Shown here one piece after another: positions 51,171-64,000 of a stretch of DNA of 64,000 bases. The stretch is from Lama guanicoe. Its lineage: Eukaryota. The first letter of the stretch is position 1. Each line of letters begins with the position of its first letter. Under the pieces are notes generated by a model. It worked only from the letters and a program-made list of their open reading frames with translations. It ran no database searches and was not told the origin of the DNA. A program made the translations under genes and the position numbers. The stretch lies in contig MU054212.1 of the NCBI GenBank assembly GCA_013239625.1, forward strand, positions 6,422,270-6,486,269, given 5' to 3'.

Positions 51171-53497
51171 TTTTTCCAAGAGCCGAACTGGTAAACTAAA
51201 TATATGTGTAAAACTGAATCACTATGCTGTACACCAGAAACTAACACAACACTGTAAATCAACTATACTTCGATTTTAAAATAAGACAAAAAAAAACCCC
51301 TTTAGAGTTATTCCTCCAGAGTGATCAGCTAATAGTGACTATTCCAGGATGATATTGTTTATGATTCTTGTGTATAATTTATGGAGATGCTTCCTGGCTC
51401 ACCCCCTTTAATCAAGCCACAGTATTACTCCAGGTCGTATTTCTGAGAGGTGAACTGTAGCAAGCCCCTTCTCTCCCTGAAATCCCTCATGGCCCTCTGT
51501 CACCTACGGAATGACATTGACATCCCTTGGCCTGCTATGTAAGCACCACTCTCCAGCCTATTCTGACCCCACTTTCCCCCACGCGATCTGCCTTCCAGCC
51601 GCGCTGAACTTACAGATCCCCCCATGGGAGGTTCTTAAGCACCAATAGCTGACTCACCCTCTGCTTTGTGAACTACTCCTCCTCCTTCATGACAGCTCAA
51701 GTGTCAGCTCCCTGGCAGACTTCCTTCTAGCGCTCCCAGCACACTCCTGTGTTCTCACAGCATTATGTCCAAACTTTGTTTGAAAATTTAACGTATCGTT
51801 TTGGGACTTTATTTGACACCTCTCGATGGCTTTAATAGTCTTTATGGGATAGAAATATCCCTTTTGTCTCAAACATAATAAAGATTTTGTGACTGTTGGT
51901 TTAACTCTTTTAATATTTAGTAAATGAGCTATGTGTTCTTCAACATCTATGGTCTGCTTCTTTCTTGGGTTTTCAGAGCAGCTGATCTTTTTCTAAATCA
52001 TACTTGTTTTGGAGTAAATCTTCCCTTCCTCCCTCTGATGCAGTTATTTCCTCTGATTTTTAATTTTTACTTCTTTTCCCTGTAGAAAGTCTCCTTCCGA
52101 AGAGGGAGCAGATCTTCCTCTGAACTTGCAGTCATTACAGACCTATAGAAACTTCATTTTCCCTCAGGTTCCAGCCAAACCCTCAAGAAAACTCTGAGTA
52201 AATAAATTACCACACACTTATTTTAACATTCAGCAAATTAATTTAAAATTACTTTTACCCAATTCCAAAGTCTATATCCATTAAACGAATAGAATTTTCA
52301 TAGCATCACATATTTCCTTTGAATTAAGCTGGTCTGCTGTTTTTAAAACCTTAAAACTGGATAGAAAATTATAACTGACTCAGGCCAAAAAATAATAAGT
52401 AGTCAGTTTAATTTGATAATCTCTTAAATTATAACATATAACACACTCATAGAAACATCCATAAATCAGTTTAACTTTAAGTCAGGTTTTAATAGCCAAT
52501 GGAACTGGAGTTAAAGGCTAAATGCTGCTCTGTGGCTTTAAACTCTGAATAGAAGTTTTAAAATTTATGAAATGTTTGTTTGGATGCAAAGAGAATTAGT
52601 GTATTTTCTCTCTGTTTTACACAAAAGATATAAACAGGACCAAAAAATAGGCACTGTGCTTAAGGGCACTTTTTAATAATTACTTTTCAATTTTCTCTTT
52701 GAACAAGCTTCTAAGTATCTCCCTGGTATTTCCATGGACAAGATGAGAAAAGAAGCAAAACAGATGATTCATTATATGTGACTTAGAGTTTGCAGGCTTC
52801 ACCATAAGATTAATTTGGCTTTTAGTCTAAATACCTAGTGCAAGGGCAAATCTAAATAAGGAAATGTACTTACATTAGCATCTTTTCTCTCATTTCCATG
52901 TGATTTGGAAAAAATGAAGGAGGCTGAATTACTTGCTGGAATTCAGGGAGAAAAATGTCTGTTTAACTCAGCGCAGTCATTCAACACGAATTCTGAATTG
53001 CGAGGACAACATTTCCCACTCTGCCACTCTATTCCAAGCAATATTTAATTGCTTTCTGAACCTCTTCCAACTTCAATTAGTGTTAATTTAGTGTGTAACT
53101 AAATACATTACCCTAAAATAATTAGGAATGTTACAGCGTCCTCCATAACATATGCGATTCGTATTAGCAGCCTTGGTTTGGAAGAGTCTTAAACAAGGAA
53201 ATAGACACAGAATCTATTTCTTAATAAGATGTGTTCTCAACCACTCAGTAGATTCTGTTTGTCATTTGGGGACACAGGCTGTTATTGCTTATGAAGAGTA
53301 TGGTCCAAATGCCTTGTCCTCCATGATCTGACTCCTCCATCTCCGGACCTGCATCTCCACACTCCAGTTCCATCAGTGTGACATGTTTGTTTTATTTTTC
53401 ACACCTCTGTGGTTTTGTTTTTGTTGTGCTATCTACTAACGTGCCCTCTTAACTGAGCCACACCTACTAACATTTTGAGGCTCAGATCAAGTGGCAG

Positions 53498-53993
53498 TGT
53501 GCAGGACAGTCTCCATCTGCCCCTCCAGCTCTGCTCCTCACCCTTTCCCTCCCAGCTCTGTGCCCCAGGGGCTGATGTTGGAGGCTCCTTCATCATCATG
53601 CTCCCGTGAGCGCTGGCTTGTACTTGAGGTTGGTCCATGAGAGGCACCAGCAAAGAATGGAGGGCAGGAGGACAGAGAAGTCTGGCTGTTTATCCCCTCC
53701 ACTTCCCCATGCTTCCATCTCTGCTGGGCTATGTCTTGGCAGTGGCTTTGTTCTTCCAAACAACCCCGTAGCTCCCATGGCTACAGCTCTCACTTGATTC
53801 AGGAAACAGACTTTCCCGTCCCTTCCAGCCTCTGGGTGTTAACTTCTTCCCACTCTTGTTCATCCTCAGGGGCTTCATTATCCCTGTTGGCTCCCTTAAT
53901 CCTACACACAACTCTGTAAACAGTCCTTCCAGTAAACTCTTGCCATTTATGCCTTTGAGTGTACCATTTCTCTTGCTGGGACCCTGACTAATA
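53498..53993 (+). mobile_element. LTR33-like ERV-L solo LTR, near full length
   Basis: TGTGCAGGACAGTCTCCATCTGCCCTCCAG...GAGGCACCAGC...TTTGAGTGTACCAT...GCTGGGACCCTGACTAATA follows the recalled LTR33 consensus. Confidence 0.82.
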
Positions 53994-54900
53994 GTCTCTT
54001 TCTGACACTGCCTCCTGGGATAGAATGAAAGTTTTGTCCTCTCAATGATCCCATTCTAGACTTATATCATACAACCTGGCATACTTGATTGCACCATTTA
54101 TGTAAAGGTTTATTTCCTTCTAGAGTCAGAGGATAGCCTGTCACTGTCACGAAGGTGGAGAACAGTACCTGGCACATATTTGGTCCTCCTTAAATATTTT
54201 TTGAATACATTAATGAATGTCATGAATGATTGGTACCGTTATTAATAATATGTTTTGTGAACATACATTGTTTCATTTAACTATCATAATAATTCTGTAA
54301 GGTGGGGTTAACATTTTCCTTTTACAGATGAGTAGACTGAAACCTAGAGAGCATAGATAATTGGTCCAAGTCATAGTAAATGAAAAAGTAAACCTACGTA
54401 TTTCTTAAAATTCCAAAAGTCTGTTCTTTAACCATTATGCTATAATGCCTGAATAGTGAAAACCACAGGATTTAGCCAAAGCATTAGAAATATTTTTGAG
54501 TGGTTTCCTGATATTTTTTAAGCTGCCCCAACCCCCATCTTGACCCTTGCTCAGGGACAAACATCTGAGTGTTAAACTCTATTAACATAATTGTTCGGAC
54601 ATCTGTGAAATGTTAATTTTGTGGTGGCATATCTGAATTTTGAAAGATTCAATAGAAGAAATCGTACAGTTTACGCATTTAACTTCTGATGTGTCAAACT
54701 AATTATGTAATTTTTACTTGGAAATGCATAATTCCTTTGGCACAGTGGGTAGGGTGACTTGAGGCCTGGGAGGGATCTGGGGAATAGTCATAATTCAGTT
54801 GGAACAGATTTCAATCATGGAATCACAGTAGAAAACCACACATCTTAGATCCAAGCCAGGATCTACCAAAATATCAATGCACTTAAAAAGATTGCTCCTT

Positions 54901-55065
54901 GCACAGGGAAATATATACAAGATCTTATGATAGTTCACAGAGAAAAAAAATGTGACAATGAATATATATATGTTCATGTATAACTGAAAAATTGTGCTCT
55001 ACACTGGAATTTGACACAACATTGTAAAATGATTATAAATCAATTAAAAATGTTAAAAAAAAAAA
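54901..55065 (+). mobile_element. 5'-truncated young L1 3' end
   Basis: GCACAGGGAAATATATACAAG...ATGTTCATGTATAACTGA...A tail. Imperfect TSD AAAAAGATTGCTCCTTG / AAAAAGGTTAGTCCTTG. Confidence 0.85.
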
Positions 55066-55739
55066 GGTTAGTCCTTGACCATTTGATACCTGACACATGG
55101 TTTTTAGGGTTGAGAGTATAGACTAATCTCTTTTGTATTTAAGTAGAAATTCTAGAGCCTTTTTAGCGTGGGCCGGCTCTGTACCTGTTTTGTGTCCCAT
55201 AATATTTGCACTCCCAACCAAATGAATCATCTTGATGTTTAAAACAGCAAGAACAGAAAAGTGTCATGGATGCCTTATTAAAGGATCATTTCTGGTGCAG
55301 AATTTCAGAGAAATAAGAAAAAGAAATATTAGACATGTTTCCTGACTTCGGGGAATTTTTTCGAATGACCTATTTATGACAAAGAAGGCCTTCATTTAGG
55401 ATTGAATGGAATTATCATGATACAATCATTCCAGATACATTTATTTGTTCTTCAAAAAGTGAGACAATTGGATATTTTCATTTATTTATTTAATACATAT
55501 TTATTGAGCAGCTGCTGCAGGCTAGCTGTTCACAATGCTTGGGAATCTTCAGTGAACAAATAAAAGTTCCCTGCCGTTGTGGACCCTGAGCATTTTCATG
55601 TATGGACAGCTGGAGGAAGGAGTTTTCAGAATCATAGCCCACCATAAATTTTATTCTCTATTTCCAAAGAATTTAAAAGAATACAGAAGCAAACCATACA
55701 AAATAACAATATTTTTATTTAATACATGAAGCGTGTAAA

Positions 55740-55900
55740 TTGTCAGGGAACCCCGACACTATTTTCATTCCCATTTTATAGATGAGGACACTGAGGCAGA
55801 GAGAGCTAAAAAATTCTCGCCCACCGTAATATACCATTGTCTCCAGCAGAGTTGGCACTTGAACCCAGGTTGCTCATTCTCACTGCTTCATTCTAACCTT
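55740..55900 (-). mobile_element. MIR fragment
   Basis: CCCATTTTATAGATGAGGACACTGAGGCAGAGAG...TTGAACCCAGGT. Confidence 0.8.
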
Positions 55901-57998
55901 CCACAAGGTTCTGTTTTGCTATAATCAGTCTTCAGCCAAAGGCTCGCAGAAGTCTTGATATCGGTACAGATTTATAAACTCATTTAATGAAATAGCTTGT
56001 TCATTTCAGGGATCCTCCAAGTAAAGTATTTTTCTGGGAGGGAGTAATTTGCTGCCTCTTAGAAATGAGCTTCTGTATAACGTCCAATCAGGTTCTGATT
56101 CTATTTGGAAAACCTGAGAAAAAAGCATCTCCCTCCTTCATGTGACAAAGCCCTTCAACTATTAGGAGACAGTCATCATTGCCCCCTCCTTACCCCAACA
56201 CTTTGAACGATTTCTTCCTTTTTTAGGTTAAACAACTTCTTATTTCACAATTATTTAGAAGTAAAAAATAAAATACATTGAATGATGAAAACTTTCGGTC
56301 ATTCCTTTCAAAGTCATTGCTAGCACTGCATGAAAAAAAGCAAAAAAAAAAAAAAAGCAATCAACAACAGCAACAATAAATGAGGTATGCGATTTAATTC
56401 TGGATATTACAGGGAGGCTTAATGAAGCAGAGAAGTGGCTTTCCGGAGAAGGAGAGAATAAAGTGTAGAAAAGAAGTATACCTGTCTGGGGGCATTAAAA
56501 AACAAACAACTTTAAAAGGTCAAGGAATCTCGTAAAGGTTAGATTTGGACTCCTAAAGTAACTTGAAGGTGAGAAAATTTGCCTGAGAACGGAATTATTC
56601 AAATAAAGTCATTTGCATTGAAAAAAATCATTTGTATCCTGAGGAGCCAAGGACCAATTATGAAGGAAGTTGTAGCAGAACTCGGTCTGGTTTGTATTTC
56701 AGATTCTCTAGAGAGTAGTTGCTTCTCATAAAATAATAGGTGTGAAAACACATTAAAAAGTTAAAAATAATCATATAACACTTTTATTTTTGTTTCTTGT
56801 AAAATTTTAATTTACATGGGATAAAAATTATCTTTCGCAGCACGTAACAGGACTAATAAAATGGTAAAGCCTTTTGTTAGAAACCTAATTTAATTAGGGT
56901 TCGAAAGTTACTTGGATAAACTTGAAGTTATGGGTTAAGATGGGGACATATCTGGGTGTCTGAATATCTTTCAGACACTGAAAGAATTTTAGCACAAGAA
57001 ACCCCAAGGACAAGATAAGATAACTCTAATGGCCATCTTGTTCCTTCAGACCTCACACTGAAAAGTATGTTGTGGCTGAAATGAACTATAACTCCATATA
57101 ATAAGGTTTTAATCTTCAATTAAATATCTAAAAGTGATTAAAATTTATTAAATAATTGCAATACTGGATCATTTGTTCCCTAGTCTAGAGATGAATAGAA
57201 GTGGAACAAAGATAATCTCTTTAGGTCCAGTTTGTTTTGCTATCATGTGTGTTTCTGAAAAGAGAATTAGCCAAATTAGCTCATATGGGATGGCTAAATA
57301 GGGAAATAGTATCAGGAAAGTACTGAGGTCGCCATGGTTTATGGGTTTGCTGGGCACGTAATGCTTTGTATTCCCAATTAACAGCAGCCAAACATGAAAT
57401 AACAAAGTTGAAAGCAGCAAACCAATAGGGAAGCCCAGTTTTGCAATTTCACACGAAGTTTTCCTCTTGCTCACTTGGCCCTGCGCTGTCTCGGAAGTGC
57501 TTATTGAGAGTGATTCTCTCTGAACTTTGCACCATTTACCCTTGTCTCTGCAACTTACTGCAGCCTCGACCCTTCCTTATACCCACGTCCATCAGGCTAC
57601 TCTTACTTTTTCTTAAGGTAGTGTCCTGTAGCATCATTTTGTTTGTTACAAATTTAGTATGTCTTTTCAACTGTGTAATGTTTTTAAAAGGTTGCTATTG
57701 ATCCCATTAGTTCTCTGAATACAAAGTTTTGAGTTTTTTGCTCCTAATCCCACTTTTTCCCAATTTAAATATAAATTGTTATATTTAGTGCACAGTTTTA
57801 GAAGACGTGAGGTTTTTCAGGAAATGCCTGTTTCTTTTATTATATGTCCATAAATCTACAACCCTATTCAGATTATGTGTTTCCTGTCTATACAGTATGT
57901 CTTCCTGAGGGGCCTCAAGTACACAGTAAGGAATTATCAACTGTTAGATACTAAATCCCCAGGAAGGGATATTTGGCTTTAAAAATAGTGTTTCATAC

Positions 57999-58425
57999 TG
58001 TCGACTGAAATAAATACACAACCTAAAAGTTGAGAGTTATGTTTCACTCGGTGGACATTTCTGAGGATTCGTACCCCATCGAGCCCGGGATGACAGCCTC
58101 CCAGATCACTCTGAGGGACTGTTCCAAAGAGGTAGGAAAGGAGCCCAATCTGTAGCAGCTTTACAACAAAGACCAGGTCGTCAGAACATTACAAGATTAC
58201 TGTTAGCTAAAGAAAACCAGACATTTCAAGTTAAAGAATTTAGCACTTTTCTATGCATGGGAAGGTGCAAAGGGTCTGGGCTAATTGAAATCACTCCTTT
58301 GATACGCACTTGAACTACCTAGGGCCAGTATCTTGTTCTTTCACATTCCTCAGAGGGCACCAGTGAGGATGGCTGCAGAGGCCAGGCTGCCTGTTTGTCT
58401 GCATCCTGAGTATTTTTTGTCCACA
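57999..58425 (-). mobile_element. MER41-like ERV1 solo LTR (copy 1)
   Basis: Minus strand runs TGTGGACAAAAAA...TTTAGGTTGTGTATTTATTTCAGTCGACA, with TG...CA termini and a MER41-type 3' end (recalled). Confidence 0.7.
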
Positions 58426-60097
58426 AGGCAAATATAAATCAGACGATCAGAGTGCAGATGTATCATCACGTTGGTATGGAAAGATTCATCATTTTGATAT
58501 CCATATCCGTGGTGTGAATACTATTTGGTTGATAAACGTATTGAAGATACAATTAAATAACTATTCAGGTTTGTACAACTCCATAACCTAAATCAGGAAG
58601 AGCATGTTCATTTGTTTCAAACTAATCATGCTTTTGTACAAGCAGAAATTTTGTTTTAAGATACACACAGATACACGCTTATTAAAGCATTAAATGATGG
58701 CATTGTATTTAATAGGACAACTGAATTAATAGTTCTTGACTAATTTTTACTTTTGAATGGAAAAATCCTATCTAATTTTTTCGAGGAGTAGTAGTAATTT
58801 AATTATATATTTAGTGGCAAACTTGGATAATTTAAGGCATTTTGAGTTCTTAGAAAAGAACATAAAAGTTGTAGTTAAAATAAACTTGTAAGCTTTATAA
58901 TACCAGGAAAGAAGACATTAATACAGTGTAATTAACTAATTATTTCACAATTAACTTCTGTAAGCCTGTTTCCTCGTCTGGAAAATGAGGAATTAGGGTT
59001 CGAAAGTTACTTGGATAAACTTGAAGTTATGGGTTAAGATGGGGACATATCTGGGTGTCTGAATATCTTTCAGACACTGAAAGAATTTTAGCACAAGAAA
59101 CCCCAAGGACAAGATAAGATAACTCTAATGGCCATCTTGTTCCTTCAGACCTCACACTGAAAAGTATGTTGTGGCTGAAATGAACTATAACTCCATATAA
59201 TAAGGTTTTAATCTTCAATTAAATATCTAAAAGTGATTAAAATTTATTAAATAATTGCAATACTGGATCATTTGTTCCCTAGTCTAGAGATGAATAGAAG
59301 TGGAACAAAGATAATCTCTTTAGGTCCAGTTTGTTTTGCTATCATGTGTGTTTCTGAAAAGAGAATTAGCCAAATTAGCTCATATGGGATGGCTAAATAG
59401 GGAAATAGTATCAGGAAAGTACTGAGGTCGCCATGGTTTATGGGTTTGCTGGGCACGTAATGCTTTGTATTCCCAATTAACAGCAGCCAAACATGAAATA
59501 ACAAAGTTGAAAGCAGCAAACCAATAGGGAAGCCCAGTTTTGCAATTTCACACGAAGTTTTCCTCTTGCTCACTTGGCCCTGCGCTGTCTCGGAAGTGCT
59601 TATTGAGAGTGATTCTCTCTGAACTTTGCACCATTTACCCTTGTCTCTGCAACTTACTGCAGCCTCGACCCTTCCTTATACCCACGTCCATCAGGCTACT
59701 CTTACTTTTTCTTAAGGTAGTGTCCTGTAGCATCATTTTGTTTGTTACAAATTTAGTATGTCTTTTCAACTGTGTAATGTTTTTAAAAGGTTGCTATTGA
59801 TCCCATTAGTTCTCTGAATACAAAGTTTTGAGTTTTTTGCTCCTAATCCCACTTTTTCCCAATTTAAATATAAATTGTTATATTTAGTGCACAGTTTTAG
59901 AAGACGTGAGGTTTTTCAGGAAATGCCTGTTTCTTTTATTATATGTCCATAAATCTACAACCCTATTCAGATTATGTGTTTCCTGTCTATACAGTATGTC
60001 TTCCTGAGGGGCCTCAAGTACACAGTAAGGAATTATCAACTGTTAGATACTAAATCCCCAGGAAGGGATATTTGGCTTTAAAAATAGTGTTTCATAC

Positions 60098-60524
60098 TGT
60101 CGACTGAAATAAATACACAACCTAAAAGTTGAGAGTTATGTTTCACTCGGTGGACATTTCTGAGGATTCGTACCCCATCGAGCCCGGGATGACAGCCTCC
60201 CAGATCACTCTGAGGGACTGTTCCAAAGAGGTAGGAAAGGAGCCCAATCTGTAGCAGCTTTACAACAAAGACCAGGTCGTCAGAACATTACAAGATTACT
60301 GTTAGCTAAAGAAAACCAGACATTTCAAGTTAAAGAATTTAGCACTTTTCTATGCATGGGAAGGTGCAAAGGGTCTGGGCTAATTGAAATCACTCCTTTG
60401 ATACGCACTTGAACTACCTAGGGCCAGTATCTTGTTCTTTCACATTCCTCAGAGGGCACCAGTGAGGATGGCTGCAGAGGCCAGGCTGCCTGTTTGTCTG
60501 CATCCTGAGTATTTTTTGTCCACA
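60098..60524 (-). mobile_element. MER41-like ERV1 solo LTR (copy 2, produced by the duplication)
   Basis: Identical to 57999-58425. Confidence 0.7.
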
Positions 60525-61044
60525 AGGCAAATATAAATCAGACGATCAGAGTGCAGATGTATCATCACGTTGGTATGGAAAGATTCATCATTTTGATATC
60601 CATATCCGTGGTGTGAATACTATTTGGTTGATAAACGTATTGAAGATACAATTAAATAACTATTCAGGTTTGTACAACTCCATAACCTAAATCAGGAAGA
60701 GCATGTTCATTTGTTTCAAACTAATCATGCTTTTGTACAAGCAGAAATTTTGTTTTAAGATACACACAGATACACGCTTATTAAAGCATTAAATGATGGC
60801 ATTGTATTTAATAGGACAACTGAATTAATAGTTCTTGACTAATTTTTACTTTTGAATGGAAAAATCCTATCTAATTTTTTCGAGGAGTAGTAGTAATTTA
60901 ATTATATATTTAGTGGCAAACTTGGATAATTTAAGGCATTTTGAGTTCTTAGAAAAGAACATAAAAGTTGTAGTTAAAATAAACTTGTAAGCTTTATAAT
61001 ACCAGGAAAGAAGACATTAATACAGTGTAATTAACTAATTATTT

Positions 61045-61215
61045 CACAATTAACTTCTGTAAGCCTGTTTCCTCGTCTGGAAAATGAGGATAATGACAAT
61101 AGCTACGTAAAGCCCTGTTAGGAGGATTAAATGAGATAATACCGTGCATGTAAAGTACTTACACGCAGTGGCTCGTCCACAGTAACCAGTCTTTGTTAAA
61201 TGTTGGTAATTATTC
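61045..61215 (+). mobile_element. MIR spanning the right end of the duplication
   Basis: TAAGCCTGTTTCCTCGTCTGGAAAATGAGGATAATG...GAGGATTAAATGAGATAAT...ATGTAAAGTACTTA. Confidence 0.8.
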
Positions 61216-62140
61216 TCATTGGCAATTAAAAATCCCACTCTTTGGAACAAAGGTGCATTAACTGGCCCCAGCACTTTAATGCTGAGTCATACACTCTCCA
61301 TTTTGCTGTTGTTGTTACTAAGAGTATCATTCTTGAATTTTCTCCCTGAAAATGATGACTATTGTGTAAGGCAAAATCAACAACAGCGCACGGAGAACCC
61401 TCTCCAGGTAAGACCTCAGGCCAAGTGTGAACGTGGGTACAAAGCAGTGTGAGACATTAGCCCTTCAGTCAAAAGCTTACGATCTAATCTGACAGAGAAG
61501 ACAGAAAAGTAATGGTTTGGTTTTCCTGCAGTGTGATAGTTACATGATACTTTGGCTCACAGAACAGTTTTTATCCTTTCCCCACGTACAAATTAACTCT
61601 CTTTTAAGAAAGTGCTCTTTATCAAGTTTAGTTTAAGTGGGTATTATTGCATGTAAATATTCACAATAATGTGCCTGTTGTAGAGACCCCTAAATCTTAA
61701 TAATTGGACAAGTCTTAGATGAGGACATAAAAGAAAATTTAGAAGATATGGTCTGTCATGACAATATAGTAAATGTCAAAGACAAAAAGACATATAAAAG
61801 CAAACAAGATATTTTAGATGTTCTAATTATTTTTCATCTGCATTATTGCAAAATTCTGTGAGTTTAGTTTTTACTAATTTTAACCTCTTCTGACTCCAAT
61901 TCATCTTACTCATAGTTTCTTAGAATATAGATAGTTTTCTCCTTTGCAAGCACTTGAAGCAACTTTCTGGGTAGAATCATATCAGATTTAAGGTCTCTAG
62001 GTGCATAATCATGATATATTATTAAATGTTAAACCACCCCTACATCTTACCTATCTTTCCCTATATTTGAATAAATCTAAACTTCATAAATTTCCTACTG
62101 ATTAAGAAAAGCTATTAAAGAAAGAAGAGAAGGAAGGATG

Positions 62141-62200
62141 GAAGGAAGGAAGGAAGGAAGGAAGGAAGGAAGGAAGGAAGGAAGGAAGGAAGGAAGGAAG
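62141..62200. repeat. (GAAG)15 tetranucleotide microsatellite
   Basis: Read directly from the sequence. Confidence 0.97.
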
Positions 62201-62805
62201 GATGGATCTCAGCAGCCACACAGCAGTTCTATGTGTGAAGAACTGGCATTTTTATATATTATAGAAATTAGCTTGTGCAATTATGGAGGCTGAGAAGTCC
62301 CATGACCCGCTGTCTTCAAGCTAGAGAACCAGGAAAGCTGGTACTATATGTACGTCAGTATGGACTCTTGGATTTTAATTTTATACTTTGTCTTATAATC
62401 CCCTACTACTTTATTTTATTGCTCACGTTACTCTGGCTTGGGACATTTGGAGCTCTTTCCGTTGGCTCCTGTGCCCATTTGGCATATCATTGTGTGTGTA
62501 CGTGTGTCTGTCTCTGTGTGTATATGTGTGTGTTTGCACTTTCCTTGATTTCTAGTGTTACAAGACGTTCCAGAATCATCTTGTATATTAATGTTAAGGA
62601 CCTGCCTCGGTCCTAGAAGCAGCCTTTTCTGCAAGTGGCTTGGTTCTTTTTGTTGGAGAATGGTTCTTTTCACTGGGTGCTAGATAAACTCATTACTACT
62701 GGGGTGTCATCATTTCTGTGTCTTCACAGATGACAGAGCAAGAAAATATATGTGTGAACATGTAAATATATAACCGTGTATATGCCTGAATCTGTGCATA
62801 TCCAT

Positions 62806-63198
62806 GTATTAGTTTGCTAGAGCTGCTGTAACAAAATACCACAGACCGAGTGCCTTAAACAACAGAAGTTTATTTTCCCTTAAGGGCTCTGGTGGCTAAA
62901 CATCCAAAACCATGGGGTTGGCAGTGTTAGTTTCTTCTGCAACCTCTCTCCTTGGCTTGCAGATGGCTCTCTTCTCTCTGTATCTTCACATAGTCTACCT
63001 TCTGGGTACATCTGTGTCCTTATCTCCTCTTCTTATAAGGACATTGGCCATATTGGATTAGACCCCACACACATGACCTCACTTACCTTAATTATGTCTT
63101 GAAAAGCCCTGTCTCAAAATACAGTCACATTCTGAGGTATTGGAGATAAAGACTTCAACATATGAGTTTGGGGTGTGGTGTCAGTTCAGCCTATGACA
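62806..63198 (-). mobile_element. MLT1 (MaLR) solo LTR nested in an old L1 relic
   Basis: TGTATTAGTTTGCTAGAGCTGCTGTAACAAAATACCACAGAC...AAATACAGTCACATTCTGAGGTA...CAGTTCAGCCTATGACA. Confidence 0.88.
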
Positions 63199-63315
63199 AT
63201 ACACATATCTATAAATACGTAACCATCTACATCTATATTAAACTAAACATAAGTTCATACCATGCATTTTTGACTCGAGTTTTAAAGAAAACTTTTTATA
63301 TTAAAATAATTACAG

Positions 63316-63443
63316 CGGGGAGAGTATGGCTCCACGGCAGAGTGCATGTTTAGCATACACAGGGTCCTGGGTTCAATCCCCAGTACCTCCTCTAAAAATA
63401 AATAAATAAGTAAACTTAACTGCCTCCCCCCCATTAAAAAAAA
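63316..63443 (+). mobile_element. Camelid-type tRNA-derived SINE inserted in an L1
   Basis: GGGGAGAGTATGGCTCCACGGCAGAGTGCATGTTTAGCA...GGTCCTGGGTTCAATCCCCAGTACC plus tail. Confidence 0.9.
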
Positions 63444-64000
63444 TTATCGATTCACAGGAAATTACAGAAATAGTACAGAGAGGTCCAGTTTCTAATTTCC
63501 TCCAGTTTTTCCTGATGGCCATATTTTAGGTAACCATCGCACAACAACAAAATAAGGAAACCAACATTGGTAAAATGTGTGTATGTAGCTCGACACCTTT
63601 TAGCACATGTGCTAAGTCATGCAACCAACACACAATCCAAATACAGAACGGTTCCATCAACGCAGAGATCTCCCTCCTGCTATCCCTTTATACTCCTTCT
63701 CACCTCCCAGCCCCTCCCTCACTATGATCCCTGAACACTGCAGCCACAAAGCTCTTTCCCACCTTTTAATTCTGTCATTTTGAGAATGCTGTAGGAATGG
63801 AAGCAGGCAGTCAGTGACCTTTTGAGACTTGACTTTTTGACTCAAGAGATCCATCCATGTTGTTGGGTATATCAGTAGTACATTCCTTTTTTAATCCCTG
63901 TGTAGTATTCTATGGTGTGGATGTACCGCAATTTGTTTAACCATTCACCTACTGAGAGATATGTGGACTGTTTTCAGTTTTGAGAAATTACAAGTAAGAC
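63444..64000 (-). mobile_element. Old L1 (L1MB/MC-like) 3' UTR, runs off the window end
   Basis: GATTCACAGGAAATTACAGAAATAGTACAGAGAGGTCC...TAGTATTCTATGGTGTGGATGTACC..TTTGTTTAACCATTCACC. Confidence 0.8.

Larger units (their letters stand above)
56892..61089 (+). repeat. Head-to-tail tandem duplication, 2 x 2099 bp (56892-58990 and 58991-61089)
   Basis: Three ORF-track peptides recur identically at an offset of 2099. No mismatch noticed by eye. Confidence 0.97.

Noticed and set aside
46190..53993. Pairing the two LTR33-like sequences as 5' and 3' LTRs of one 7.8-kb provirus
   Set aside because: 51300-53490 looks like L2 relic and unique DNA rather than ERV internal sequence, with no polypurine tract or TSD seen. 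An independent solo LTR is more likely, though pairing is not excluded.
1..64000. CRISPR arrays, operons or other prokaryote-type systems
   Set aside because: The sequence is clearly mammalian, with no repeat-spacer arrays or dense coding regions.

Overview
This is mammalian genomic DNA. The tRNA-derived SINE family and the young L1 3' ends point to a camelid (inference). The only host gene segment I can support is coding exon 1 of GAREM1 (FAM59A) on the minus strand: ATG at 25157, 121 coding nt, GT donor at 25036. It sits in a CpG island that contains a 132-N assembly gap. Positions 1-25036 are therefore GAREM1 intron 1, and positions above about 26300 are upstream intergenic DNA. The rest is transposon-derived. 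It includes a two-LTR non-coding ERV1-like element (1114-4823), a decayed and partly inverted ERV-L remnant with nested insertions (about 46190-51170), a 5'-inverted (twin-primed) L1 with target-site duplication (TSD), and SINEs, MaLR, MER, MIR, L2 and L1 relics and microsatellites. An apparently perfect 2099-bp tandem duplication (56892-61089) carries a MER41-like solo LTR. I found no convincing new biological system. The best leads are GAREM1 uORFs over GCC/GGC repeats, the tandem duplication (real copy-number variant or assembly artefact), and the mosaic ERVs. Repeat family names come from recalled consensus motifs, not from a database search, and old-repeat boundaries are approximate.
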